From the NCBI RefSeq assembly GCF_000341395.1, contig NC_020304.1, forward strand, positions 3,630,001 through 3,662,000: DNA of 32,000 nucleotides. The letters run 5' to 3'. The position numbers and the translations under genes were made by a program. The DNA is from Desulfocapsa sulfexigens DSM 10523. GTDB taxonomy: Bacteria > Desulfobacterota > Desulfobulbia > Desulfobulbales > Desulfocapsaceae. Shown piece by piece: positions 19,701 to 27,942 of this stretch. The notes beneath the pieces are model-generated. The model had not been told where the DNA came from. It made no database searches and worked only from the letters and a program-made list of their open reading frames with translations. Every line of letters begins with the position of its first letter. Within the stretch, counting starts at the first letter, position 1.

Positions 19701-19958
19701 TTAGCGTTTTCGGCTACCACCACGCCTTTGTTTTGTACCGCTTCCATCTTCCATTGCATTGGCTGGCCGTCTACTATACTGCTGGCATTCTGCACGGAAA
19801 GCATTTCGCTCTTCCTCGCTTGCCTTTTGCATAGTACCTCGCGAGCTGTTTAGTTCTTCATTAGTTTTGCTTGAATAATCAGTAACTGCCCATACTGGTG
19901 CTGCTACCATGAGTACCATGGTCAATATCAGTGTTTTTTTAGGGATCTTGCGTGTCAT
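19701..19958 (-). CDS. Small secreted protein, resembles DUF1104-like proteins
   Basis: ORF start corrected to 19958 (TGGAGG RBS plus signal peptide MTRKIPKKTLILTMVLMVAAPVWA). Mature part starts DYSSKTNEELNSSRGTMQKASEEERNAFRAE. Confidence 0.6.
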   Translation of the reverse strand: MTRKIPKKTLILTMVLMVAAPVWAVTDYSSKTNEELNSSRGTMQKASEEERNAFRAECQQYSRRPANAMEDGSGTKQRRGGSRKR

Positions 19959-20319
19959 ATTTTTCCTCCATAATATTTGTGAATACAAGGCTCCAATCGG
20001 CCCTTATGGTGAGTTGAAAAATGAGTTGAACACAATCAGGTTCAGCCTTTAACTGATTCCCTTTCGGTAACCGGACTGGCTGCAGTGAAGATCAGTCACA
20101 GGAAGGATGAGATTGCATACTTAAACCGTTATTTTAACATGATGGCTGAGCAAACTCATTGATCCGCTCCTCACTCTGACCAAACTGAGGGCAATATGGG
20201 TGATACTCATAAAGATTCAGTAAAATCACACAAACTACTGAGCGAAAGTTTATGAATGCAGGGAAACTTATGAGCTTACTATCGCGGCCGAGATAGTCGA
20301 CGTACGGATCTCCAGTACT

Positions 20320-20856
20320 TTAGAACCAGAATTCCGGATATTGCCTGATTCTTGATATATTATTAACCAGCAGAGCGATGATAAGCATGACCACAGCTCC
20401 CGATGCCACAGGTACTAGGACATAAAAGTATCCTAAGGCATGGATGTTATCGCTTCCGATAACTGCAATCAGGGCGGTGGCACCTCCCGGCGGATGCAGA
20501 GTACAGGTTGCGTGCATAACAGCAATAGCTGTAGCCACAGCAAAGGCTGCAGCTAACCACATCTCACCATGGAATGTCTGGTAGCAAAAGACCCCTATTA
20601 TAGCCGACAAAATATGGCCACCCAAAAGATTACGAGGCTGGGCCAAAGGGCTTTTGATAGCCCCATAAATGAGCACCGCGGAAGCACCAAAGGAACCGAT
20701 TATCATTATGAAATCGCTTTCAGGGAAAAAATTATAATGGAGGAGGGCAACTGCTGCTATCCCCAGAAAGGCCCCGAACCATGACCAACATATTTCGGAT
20801 AGTCTCGGTCGGGGGGGGCTTTTGGTTATCCCCTTCATTTTTTGAAAGTAAGTCAT
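20320..20856 (-). CDS. HPP family membrane protein
   Basis: ORF 20320..20943 with the start most likely at 20856 (MTYFQKMKG...), which removes the overlap with the CBS gene. Contains IGSFGASAVLIYGAIKSPLAQPRNLLGGHILSAIIGV and the HPPGGATAL signature. Confidence 0.92.
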   Translation of the reverse strand: MTYFQKMKGITKSPPRPRLSEICWSWFGAFLGIAAVALLHYNFFPESDFIMIIGSFGASAVLIYGAIKSPLAQPRNLLGGHILSAIIGVFCYQTFHGEMWLAAAFAVATAIAVMHATCTLHPPGGATALIAVIGSDNIHALGYFYVLVPVASGAVVMLIIALLVNNISRIRQYPEFWF

Positions 20857-20872
20857 TTTACGTTTTTTCCTC

Positions 20873-21484
20873 TTACAAAAGTTGAGCGCGGACAAGATCG
20901 TCCCTGGACACAATACCCACAACCACCTTTTCTTCTTGATCAAGCACAGGGAGCCGGTTTATCTTGTTTTTTGACATTATTTCGGTAATTTCAACCAACG
21001 GGGTGTTTTCTTTGATCGTAACAGGCGGTCGAGTCATAATATCCCCTGCCATCCCCATAGAAATAGAAAAATCAACACCTCCCAGTCCTTGAAGACATCT
21101 GGCGACAACAGCCATAAAAGATTTACAGCCATTGTTCAGTCCCTTGAGAAAGTCTTGTTCTGAGACAATACCTACCACTTTTTTATTATCATCCATTACT
21201 GGCACACCAGAGATAGAAGCATCTGCCATCCGGTTTGCTACTTCTAACAGTGGGGTAGTCTCAGTGACGCTCACCACATTTCGACTCATGATATCCCTGG
21301 CACATATGGAATGGCTCAGTCGTTCTATGGCATGATGGTATGAGTGTTGATAAAGCTCTTTGAAATCTCCTGTCGTGATATCAAGGTAGCCCGAAATTTC
21401 CTTCATCGCCTTATATATATCTTCATCGGAAATGGCCAATCTTTCAGGTAAAGAAGAGAGTGGGGAGTTTTTTGTTGTTCCCAT
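20873..21484 (-). CDS. Protein with two CBS domains
   Basis: 203-aa ORF with two CBS repeats: ARDIMSRNVVSVTETTPLLEVANRMADASISGVPVMDDNKKVVGIVSEQDFL and AGDIMTRPPVTIKENTPLVEITEIMSKNKINRLPVLDQEEKVVVGIVSRDDLV. Confidence 0.92.
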   Translation of the reverse strand: MGTTKNSPLSSLPERLAISDEDIYKAMKEISGYLDITTGDFKELYQHSYHHAIERLSHSICARDIMSRNVVSVTETTPLLEVANRMADASISGVPVMDDNKKVVGIVSEQDFLKGLNNGCKSFMAVVARCLQGLGGVDFSISMGMAGDIMTRPPVTIKENTPLVEITEIMSKNKINRLPVLDQEEKVVVGIVSRDDLVRAQLL

Positions 21485-21579
21485 AATCAGTCCTTTTTTT
21501 AGTTAGCTTACAAATGTTTTTTTTATATCTATTGCGTCAACCCGACAGGAATCAATGGCTTTTGCACAGTCACAGGTAG

Positions 21580-22812
21580 CTACTTCAATATTTTAGCTTT
21601 CGCTTCTTTGTATTTGAGAAGAACAGCAAGAGCAGGTTTTATGAGCATAGTCACCACCAAAGCACCTGTAGCCAAAACTCCCAGAGTAATAAGAATCTCA
21701 TTACTGGTCGGGGCGTAATCAACAACCTCACCCATTGGCGATGGCACAAAACCAGGGATAATAAGACCAAAACCTTTTTCAATCCAGATACCGGTGAACA
21801 GGCTTATCGCTGCTACCATGAGGTAACGGGGATTGCCTTTAGTCGGATCAAAGGCAAAAAGCAGTGTCCCTATAATGTTTAGACTAATAGCCGTCCATAT
21901 CCATGGCACAAGAGAATTGTGTCCTTCAAGCCCGAAGAAAAGGTATTGAGCCGAAAGGCTGTGATGGGTAAATGTATAGAATTCCTTAAATACTTCAGAA
22001 AAAAGCATCAGCAGATTAATGACTGCCGAAACAACGATGATTCTTTTTAATTTTAAGAAAATCTGTTCGTCAACCGAATATTTCGTGTTCTGTTTTATGG
22101 CAATGAGCACCACCATAATTACCGCAGGGCCTGCAGCAAATGCCGAAGCCAGAAAGCGCGGACCGAGCAATGGGTTGTTCCAGAAAGGGCGAGCCGGCAA
22201 TCCCTGGTAGAGAAAAGCTGTGGTCATGTGGATGGAAACAGCCCAGAAGATGGACAGGAAAACAAAGGGTTTATACTTCCAGCCGACAGGTTCTCTGTTA
22301 TGATAGTTGCAATAAAGAATGTAGAGAGGTACCAGGCTGTTTAAAGCTAAATAACCATTCAAAACAAGCATATCCCAGGTAAGAATAGATGAAGGCCAGT
22401 TAAACAGGCCTATTCCAGGAATCATGTGCCACACCTTCAACGGCCCGCCCATATCCACAGTGATAAACATCAGGCACATGACCAGAGCACCGACAGCGAC
22501 ACATTCACCTATAATAACGACTTCATGCAGATCTTTATCTTTCAGCATATAAGCTGGCAGGATCAGCATGACTGCAGCCGCCGCAACACCAACAAAAAAA
22601 GTAAAGTTGGAGATATAAAGGCCCCAACTGACAATATCCGACATACCGGTGATAATGAGGCCTTCCTGAAACTGCCTGGTATAGGAAAATGCACCCACGG
22701 CCATAACTGCAAGTAGAGCAATAATGTAAATTTTGAAACCTATCCCCCCGGACAGCGACCATCGCATACAGTCCGAGATAAATGAACGTCCTTGATTGGG
22801 GTTCGTAGTCAT
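21580..22812 (-). CDS. NrfD/PsrC-like (DsrP/HybB type) polytopic quinone-interacting membrane subunit
   Basis: ORF 21580..22845, start probably 22812 (MTTNPNQG...). ~10 hydrophobic helices; GGPLKVWHMIPGIGLFNWPSSILTWDMLVLNGYLALN and IWIEKGFGLIIPGFVPSPMGEVVDYAPTSNE. Directly downstream of a ferredoxin-like subunit. Confidence 0.88.
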   Translation of the reverse strand: MTTNPNQGRSFISDCMRWSLSGGIGFKIYIIALLAVMAVGAFSYTRQFQEGLIITGMSDIVSWGLYISNFTFFVGVAAAAVMLILPAYMLKDKDLHEVVIIGECVAVGALVMCLMFITVDMGGPLKVWHMIPGIGLFNWPSSILTWDMLVLNGYLALNSLVPLYILYCNYHNREPVGWKYKPFVFLSIFWAVSIHMTTAFLYQGLPARPFWNNPLLGPRFLASAFAAGPAVIMVVLIAIKQNTKYSVDEQIFLKLKRIIVVSAVINLLMLFSEVFKEFYTFTHHSLSAQYLFFGLEGHNSLVPWIWTAISLNIIGTLLFAFDPTKGNPRYLMVAAISLFTGIWIEKGFGLIIPGFVPSPMGEVVDYAPTSNEILITLGVLATGALVVTMLIKPALAVLLKYKEAKAKILK

Positions 22813-22871
22813 CGTTTTTTCCTTAGCGTCTCTTCGTACAGACATTTTTTGTCTCTTTTAACCCGTTGTTG

Positions 22872-23831
22872 TCAATCCATGAAATACCAGAATTTTGGAT
22901 CAGTCCCCAATTCTTCCTTAAAGCGGAAAACCTTCTTGTTTTTCAGGACAAAACGGATTTCGCTGTCTGGATCAAGAAGATTGCCAAAAACCCTGGAACC
23001 TGTTGGACAGGCCTCGGCACAGGCCGGCAGCTTGCCCTGACGGGTTCTCTGCACGCAAAAAGTGCATTTTTCCATGACGCCTTTCATCCGCATGCGATTA
23101 CCGAGATAATGCTGTTTTCTATTTATCTCCTCTTCCGGCACTTCAGGCGTACCCCAGTTAAAACGGCGCCCCCAATATGGACAAGCTGCCAGGCAATAGC
23201 GGCAACCGATACACCAGTCGTAATCCACAACAACGATGCCATCCGGTTCTCGCCAGGTAGCTTTGGTCGGGCAGGCTTTAATACACGGGGCATTTTCACA
23301 ATGGTAGCATTGGACTCCCATGTAAAACTTATCAGCAACCGGCACTTCATGATGATATTTCCCATCTCCTGAAGTTGGATCAAGTTGACCGGAATCCATT
23401 TCAAAAAGACGGATATATTGGGTCTTTGATTTACGGTCAAGATTGTTTTCTTGAACACATGCCTCAACGCAATCCATATAGCCCTTGCAACGGGAGATAT
23501 TAAAGGCATAGCCGTAAAGGACATTTTCACGTGGCTCTGCGTTTGACATTTGAATGTCTCTGTCGTCCTTCATTTTGGCAAGTCTTACAAGGCGGGCAAC
23601 GGTTTCATCTTTTTCTTTCTGACTCATCAGCCTGTAATTCTTTTTAAAATACTCTTCCCACTTGAGTCCCATTTCTTCGGTATTTCCAAGCGATCCGCAA
23701 CCTCCGGTCACAAGTCCTGCCGAACCAGCTGCAGCGGCAATGGACAGACCCTTTATGAAAGATCTACGGCTGATTTTCTTTTCACCGTTTTCTGGTTTCA
23801 TCATCCCTTCTTTTTTTTTGCTGGAATTCAT
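22872..23831 (-). CDS. NrfC-like 4Fe-4S ferredoxin-type electron transfer subunit with Tat signal
   Basis: 319-aa ORF: SRRSFIKGLSIAAAAGSAGLVTGG (Tat motif), CKGYMDCVEACVQEN, CYHCENAPCIKACPTKAT, CIGCRYCLAACPYWGRRF, CTFCVQRTRQGKLPACAEACPTGS, giving four cysteine cluster motifs. Confidence 0.92.
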   Translation of the reverse strand: MNSSKKKEGMMKPENGEKKISRRSFIKGLSIAAAAGSAGLVTGGCGSLGNTEEMGLKWEEYFKKNYRLMSQKEKDETVARLVRLAKMKDDRDIQMSNAEPRENVLYGYAFNISRCKGYMDCVEACVQENNLDRKSKTQYIRLFEMDSGQLDPTSGDGKYHHEVPVADKFYMGVQCYHCENAPCIKACPTKATWREPDGIVVVDYDWCIGCRYCLAACPYWGRRFNWGTPEVPEEEINRKQHYLGNRMRMKGVMEKCTFCVQRTRQGKLPACAEACPTGSRVFGNLLDPDSEIRFVLKNKKVFRFKEELGTDPKFWYFMD

Positions 23832-23839
23832 ACCCCCCC

Positions 23840-24457
23840 CTACTTGTCTAATGGCAGCGAGTATGTCACCGGCATTTTTTTTTCAAAGGCAGGGGAATGT
23901 GGACTATGACAACTTGTACAATTGCGCACCACCCTTTCACCAGCCCAGTATGCCTCACGTTTACCATGAGCGCCGCCTAACCAGTCACGCTTCTGGCGAA
24001 AATGACACTGACCACAGAGTTGATAACTGTGATCAAAATCTATCTTCTTGCCCTCGGCATCAGAAAGAGAATCTCGGTCGTTTTCATCGTGACATTCTAT
24101 ACAAGACAGCTTGTCGCCTCCCCTTCCGTGGTTGATTTCGATATCACTATGGGTAAAAAGAGCACCGTCTCTTATCAGCACATTCTTCTCAGTATGGCAG
24201 ACGCTGCATCGAAACTTTGTTATGGAATCCTTGCGGGCAAGTACTCTAAAAGTACCTCCCTGGTAGGATTCTTTTGCACGAACCGTCTTAACCGGCAGTT
24301 CATAGGCTGTTTCAATTTTCATGTTATTAAATGGCTCTTCTGCGGCATTAATGCGGTCCATCACAGAATTTTCAGAAGCCATAACAAACGGACATGAAAG
24401 AAGGAACGTTCCCAGCAAAAGAAAAAACAGGCTAGAACGCAAAAATATTTTTTTCAT
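23840..24457 (-). CDS. Periplasmic cytochrome c with four CxxCH motifs
   Basis: Start placed at 24457 (MKKIFLRSSLFFLLLGTFLLSCPFVMA signal peptide). CSVCH, CIECH, CGQCH and CTSCH give four c-heme sites; the family resembles cytochrome c3/NapM-like proteins. Confidence 0.82.
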   Translation of the reverse strand: MKKIFLRSSLFFLLLGTFLLSCPFVMASENSVMDRINAAEEPFNNMKIETAYELPVKTVRAKESYQGGTFRVLARKDSITKFRCSVCHTEKNVLIRDGALFTHSDIEINHGRGGDKLSCIECHDENDRDSLSDAEGKKIDFDHSYQLCGQCHFRQKRDWLGGAHGKREAYWAGERVVRNCTSCHSPHSPAFEKKMPVTYSLPLDK

Positions 24458-24474
24458 AACTGTTCTCGTTCTGA

Positions 24475-25128
24475 TTAGTTGTTTCTGATAAATTCTTCTC
24501 TGGGTTCGGTAGCTATCATGGGCACATGACATTGTCGGCAATTGCCGCGGGAGGCGTGCTCAACCCGAATCTCTGCCACTGCGGCATTGCCTGTATGACA
24601 GGCAATACAGTCTTCCCTGAGCTGCAGACTGTGGATAATCGGTGGTGGTGATCCACCCATCTCAGACCTTCCCAGCGGAGGAGGATTTATTGACTGCCAG
24701 TCGGTTTCCACAAAAAGCTCCTCAGTCAACCGTGGAACATGGCATTGAAAACAATTCTCATATTCAGGATGAGGCGTAACGGGAGCATAGGCTTCCTGAG
24801 TGATGTCGTATCCTCCTTTGCCGTGGCAGGAGAGGCATTTCAGGGTGTCCCCGGAAAAAGAGGTCGGGACATCATGGGGAACCCGCGGCGGTGAACCGGG
24901 ATACTGACGGAGTTGGTAATACGTATTTAAGGTTCGCTTGCCGTCTGTCCCGGTCATGGCAGGCAGTGGAGTTTCGTTAAACCTGTTGAAGATTTTTTCG
25001 CCGTCTGAATCAAAGCCCTGGGCAATACCAGGCGCTGCATTTGCATACAGCACCAGAGAGGCTCCGGTTAAGCAGATAGCGGCAAAACCTGTAACAACTC
25101 TGCCGAGTACTGTATCTGCTTTTTTCAT
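24475..25128 (-). CDS. napB: NapB-like periplasmic nitrate reductase electron transfer subunit, four CxxCH motifs
   Basis: Start placed at 25128 (MKKADTVLGRVVTGFAAICLTGASLVLYANA), overlapping the napA stop. Contains CLSCH, CFQCH, CIACH and CRQCH; HASRGNCRQCHVPM resembles the NapB C-terminal region. Confidence 0.8.
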   Translation of the reverse strand: MKKADTVLGRVVTGFAAICLTGASLVLYANAAPGIAQGFDSDGEKIFNRFNETPLPAMTGTDGKRTLNTYYQLRQYPGSPPRVPHDVPTSFSGDTLKCLSCHGKGGYDITQEAYAPVTPHPEYENCFQCHVPRLTEELFVETDWQSINPPPLGRSEMGGSPPPIIHSLQLREDCIACHTGNAAVAEIRVEHASRGNCRQCHVPMIATEPREEFIRNN

Positions 25129-27446
25129 TATGCTTTCTCCAGACGGACTGCACATTTTTTATAATCAGGCTGCTTTGATATCGGGCAAAAAGCATCCAGG
25201 GTCAATTCGTTAATCTTGTAGGATTCATCAAAAAACGGCACAAAGACCGTACCCCGGGGAGGCACACCGCGCCCGTTTATGGAAGCTTTCATGGTCACCG
25301 AGCCTCGCCGTGAAATAATTTTCACCTTTTCGCCGTTCACCACACCTATATCAGCTGCATCCTCGGGGTTCATTTCCACATAGGATTCAGGCATGGCATT
25401 ATGGAGAACAGGAATCCGCCGGGTCATGGACCCGGTATGCCAGTGCTCGATGACCCGGCCGGTATTGAGCCAGAAATTGTATTCATTGTCCGGTGATTCA
25501 GCGGCAGGCTCATAGGGTCGGGCCCATATCCATGCTTTTCCGTCTTTTCTGCCGTAGAAATCAAATTCTGTTCCCGGCTTGCAGGCGGGATCATGCTGGG
25601 TGTTAAAGCGCCAGCGAGTCTCCTTGCCGTTGACAAAAGGCCATTGTACTCCGGGGCGTTCTCTCAGCACCTTATAGGGGGCCATGTTGTGTTTCGGGCC
25701 ATCATGGAAGAGCCTGTACTCCTCCCATATTTTACCGATATACTCATCTTCACTCCAGGGGAACTGCTTCTGGAAACCAAGTCTCCTGGCAACCTCGATA
25801 AGCTGCCAGGTATCGGACATGGTGTCGCCAGGGCCCGGAACAATCCGGTCAAAATGAGCAGTACGACGTTCAGCGTTACCAAACATACCCTCCTGCTCAA
25901 TCCACATGGTTGCCGGCAGAATGACATCGGCGACATCAGTGGTCGGAGTGGGATAGACTTCTGAAACAACGATAAAGCGTTCATCTTTCAAAACGCCATT
26001 ACGATACCGATTCAGATTTGGCATGGTAATCATAGGGTTGGTCACCTGTATCCACATAAACTTGATGTCGCCACGATCCAGGGCGCGGAACATCTCCACC
26101 GTATGATAGGTGGGCTTGGGATCGATATTTGTTACCGGCACATCCCAGATCCTGGCAGCCATTTCCCTGTCGTGCTCATTCGTAACGACCCCATGAGGTA
26201 AGGCGTGGGTCAGAGTTCCTACTTCGCGGACAGTGCCACAGGCACTGGGTTGGCCAGTGAGAGAGAAGGGACTGTTGCCGGGGGTAGATATCTTGCCGGT
26301 GAGCAGATGGATATTGTAAACGAGGTTCTGGATCCAGGTTCCCCGCACATGCTGGTTCATTCCCATACACCAAAAAGAGGTGACTTTCTTGGTAGGGTCA
26401 CCGTACAGGGATGCTAGGTATTTTATATCTTTGGCAGATACCCCGGAGATTTTTTCCGCCTTTTCAGGTGTATAGTCCTGCAAGAACGTCTTGTACTCTT
26501 CAAAAGTGATATTTTCAGGTGCATCCGTGAAACTGAAATGATCTTCAGTGCCATAGCCGATATTGGTTTTGCCTTTATGAAAGGTGGTATGCTTGTTGAC
26601 GAAATCCCAGTTTACCCAGTTGTTACGGATGATTTCGTAACAGATGGCATTGGCAACAGCAAGATCTGTGCTGGGTTTGAAGAGAATCGATTTGTCGGCC
26701 GCCTGGCTGGTTCTGGTGGTACGGGTGGCAAAGTCGATAATAGTGACATTGTTTTTGCGCTTACGGCTGGCCAGCATCCTGGAAAAAAGAACAGGATGCA
26801 TTTCCGCCATATTATTACCCCAGGTAACAAAAACATCAGCGTGCTCAATGTCTTCATAACAGCCCATAGGTTCATCAATACCAAAGGAAGTCATAAAACC
26901 GGTTACAGCGCTCGACATACAAAGCCTGGCATTAGCTTCAACATTGTTGGTGCCGAGGCAGCCCTTGAAGAGCTTGGAGGCCACATAGCCATCCGGAATG
27001 GTCCATTGGCCTGAACCATACATGGCAACTGAATCTTTACCGTGCTTTGCAATGGTTTCCTTGACCTTGTCGGCAATGACATCCAGTGCTTCAGAAATGG
27101 GAACTTCAACCATTTTCCCATTCTTGCGAATCTGGGCTTTTTTAATGCGGTCTTTGCCATACAGAGCCTGAACGGAATGAAATCCTTTCACGCAACATAA
27201 CCCTTTATTTACACTGCAATTTGGATCACCTTTAACTGCAACGGCACGGTCTCCGGACACACCGACCAATACACCGCACCCTGTGCCGCAAAAACGGCAG
27301 GGAGCTTTTTGCCAGGTTATTTTACCCGATGCATCTTCCTGTTTCTGCCAACCAGCAAAACTAATACCAGGGAAAATTGATCCGGCAGCTGCAATGGCAC
27401 TGCTGGCTGCGGCTGACTTAATGAATGATCGTCTGTTTAGCTTCAT
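25128..27446 (-). CDS. napA: Periplasmic nitrate reductase catalytic subunit (molybdopterin, monomeric NapA type)
   Basis: 772-aa ORF: Tat signal NRRSFIKSAAASSAIAAAG, CRFCGTGCGVLVGV 4Fe-4S motif, WGNNMAEMHPVLFSRMLA, FWCMGMNQHVRGTWIQNLVYNIHLLTGKI, C-terminal FDESYKINELTLDAFCPISKQPDYKKCAVRLEK. Flanked by napD and napB-like genes. Confidence 0.95.
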   Translation of the reverse strand: MKLNRRSFIKSAAASSAIAAAGSIFPGISFAGWQKQEDASGKITWQKAPCRFCGTGCGVLVGVSGDRAVAVKGDPNCSVNKGLCCVKGFHSVQALYGKDRIKKAQIRKNGKMVEVPISEALDVIADKVKETIAKHGKDSVAMYGSGQWTIPDGYVASKLFKGCLGTNNVEANARLCMSSAVTGFMTSFGIDEPMGCYEDIEHADVFVTWGNNMAEMHPVLFSRMLASRKRKNNVTIIDFATRTTRTSQAADKSILFKPSTDLAVANAICYEIIRNNWVNWDFVNKHTTFHKGKTNIGYGTEDHFSFTDAPENITFEEYKTFLQDYTPEKAEKISGVSAKDIKYLASLYGDPTKKVTSFWCMGMNQHVRGTWIQNLVYNIHLLTGKISTPGNSPFSLTGQPSACGTVREVGTLTHALPHGVVTNEHDREMAARIWDVPVTNIDPKPTYHTVEMFRALDRGDIKFMWIQVTNPMITMPNLNRYRNGVLKDERFIVVSEVYPTPTTDVADVILPATMWIEQEGMFGNAERRTAHFDRIVPGPGDTMSDTWQLIEVARRLGFQKQFPWSEDEYIGKIWEEYRLFHDGPKHNMAPYKVLRERPGVQWPFVNGKETRWRFNTQHDPACKPGTEFDFYGRKDGKAWIWARPYEPAAESPDNEYNFWLNTGRVIEHWHTGSMTRRIPVLHNAMPESYVEMNPEDAADIGVVNGEKVKIISRRGSVTMKASINGRGVPPRGTVFVPFFDESYKINELTLDAFCPISKQPDYKKCAVRLEKA

Positions 27447-27468
27447 CTTCTTCTTTTCCTCTCTCTAT

Positions 27469-27708
27469 TTATTGTTCAACTTTAGCATTATGACCAAAAG
27501 TCATGCTCAGTGATTGTAGTGAAGGCAGGCTCTTAAGCGTTTTATGCAGTTTTTTTTCGGTTTCTTCATCAGGAGTCTCCGTCACGAGAATCACTACCTC
27601 TGCATTGTCCGATGGAATAATTTCGCAATAATCAATAGCGGACAGATCCAAACATAATTGATCCATGGCACCCTTATTGGGCAACGCCAGATAACTTAAA
27701 ATTGGCAT
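27469..27708 (-). CDS. napD: NapD-like nitrate reductase chaperone
   Basis: Start moved from 27747 to 27708 (AGGAGAAAGA-ATG RBS). 79 aa: MPILSYLALPNKGAMDQLCLDLSAIDYCEIIPSDNAEVVILVTETPDEETEKKLHKTLKSLPSLQSLSMTFGHN; immediately upstream of napA. Confidence 0.85.
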   Translation of the reverse strand: MPILSYLALPNKGAMDQLCLDLSAIDYCEIIPSDNAEVVILVTETPDEETEKKLHKTLKSLPSLQSLSMTFGHNAKVEQ

Positions 27709-27922
27709 TCTTTCTCCTTTTTCCTGATCAATGGTTACCAACTGCACTCTGCAAATACTTCATTCGGCAAAACACTACGTAATTGCCTCACAACTAATGC
27801 TCACAGAATTAGCAACATTCATGCCATACCACCATGTGCCACCCAACAAGGCCAGTAAAACCCTTTTTACCTAAGGATATTATGCGCCACCCAATATCTA
27901 TCCGTTAATTTTTTCGTAAAAC

Positions 27923-27942
27923 ATGTTACCTCAAGGTAACAT
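27923..27942. promoter_or_regulatory. Perfect 20-bp palindrome, candidate operator for the nap and/or tup operons
   Basis: ATGTTACCT-CA-AGGTAACAT, 9-bp perfect arms. A related site containing TTAC-N6-GTAA lies at 27958-27971, 32 bp away centre to centre. Confidence 0.6.

Noticed and set aside
22866-24397. Plus-strand ORFs of 119-168 aa (22866..23372, 23550..23909, 23662..24135, 24002..24397)
   Set aside because: Antisense to ORFs with clear ferredoxin and multiheme motifs; no independent motif support.
26538-27014. 158-aa plus-strand ORF inside napA (also 25593..25964)
   Set aside because: Antisense to the conserved catalytic subunit; typical long shadow ORF in a GC-rich coding region.
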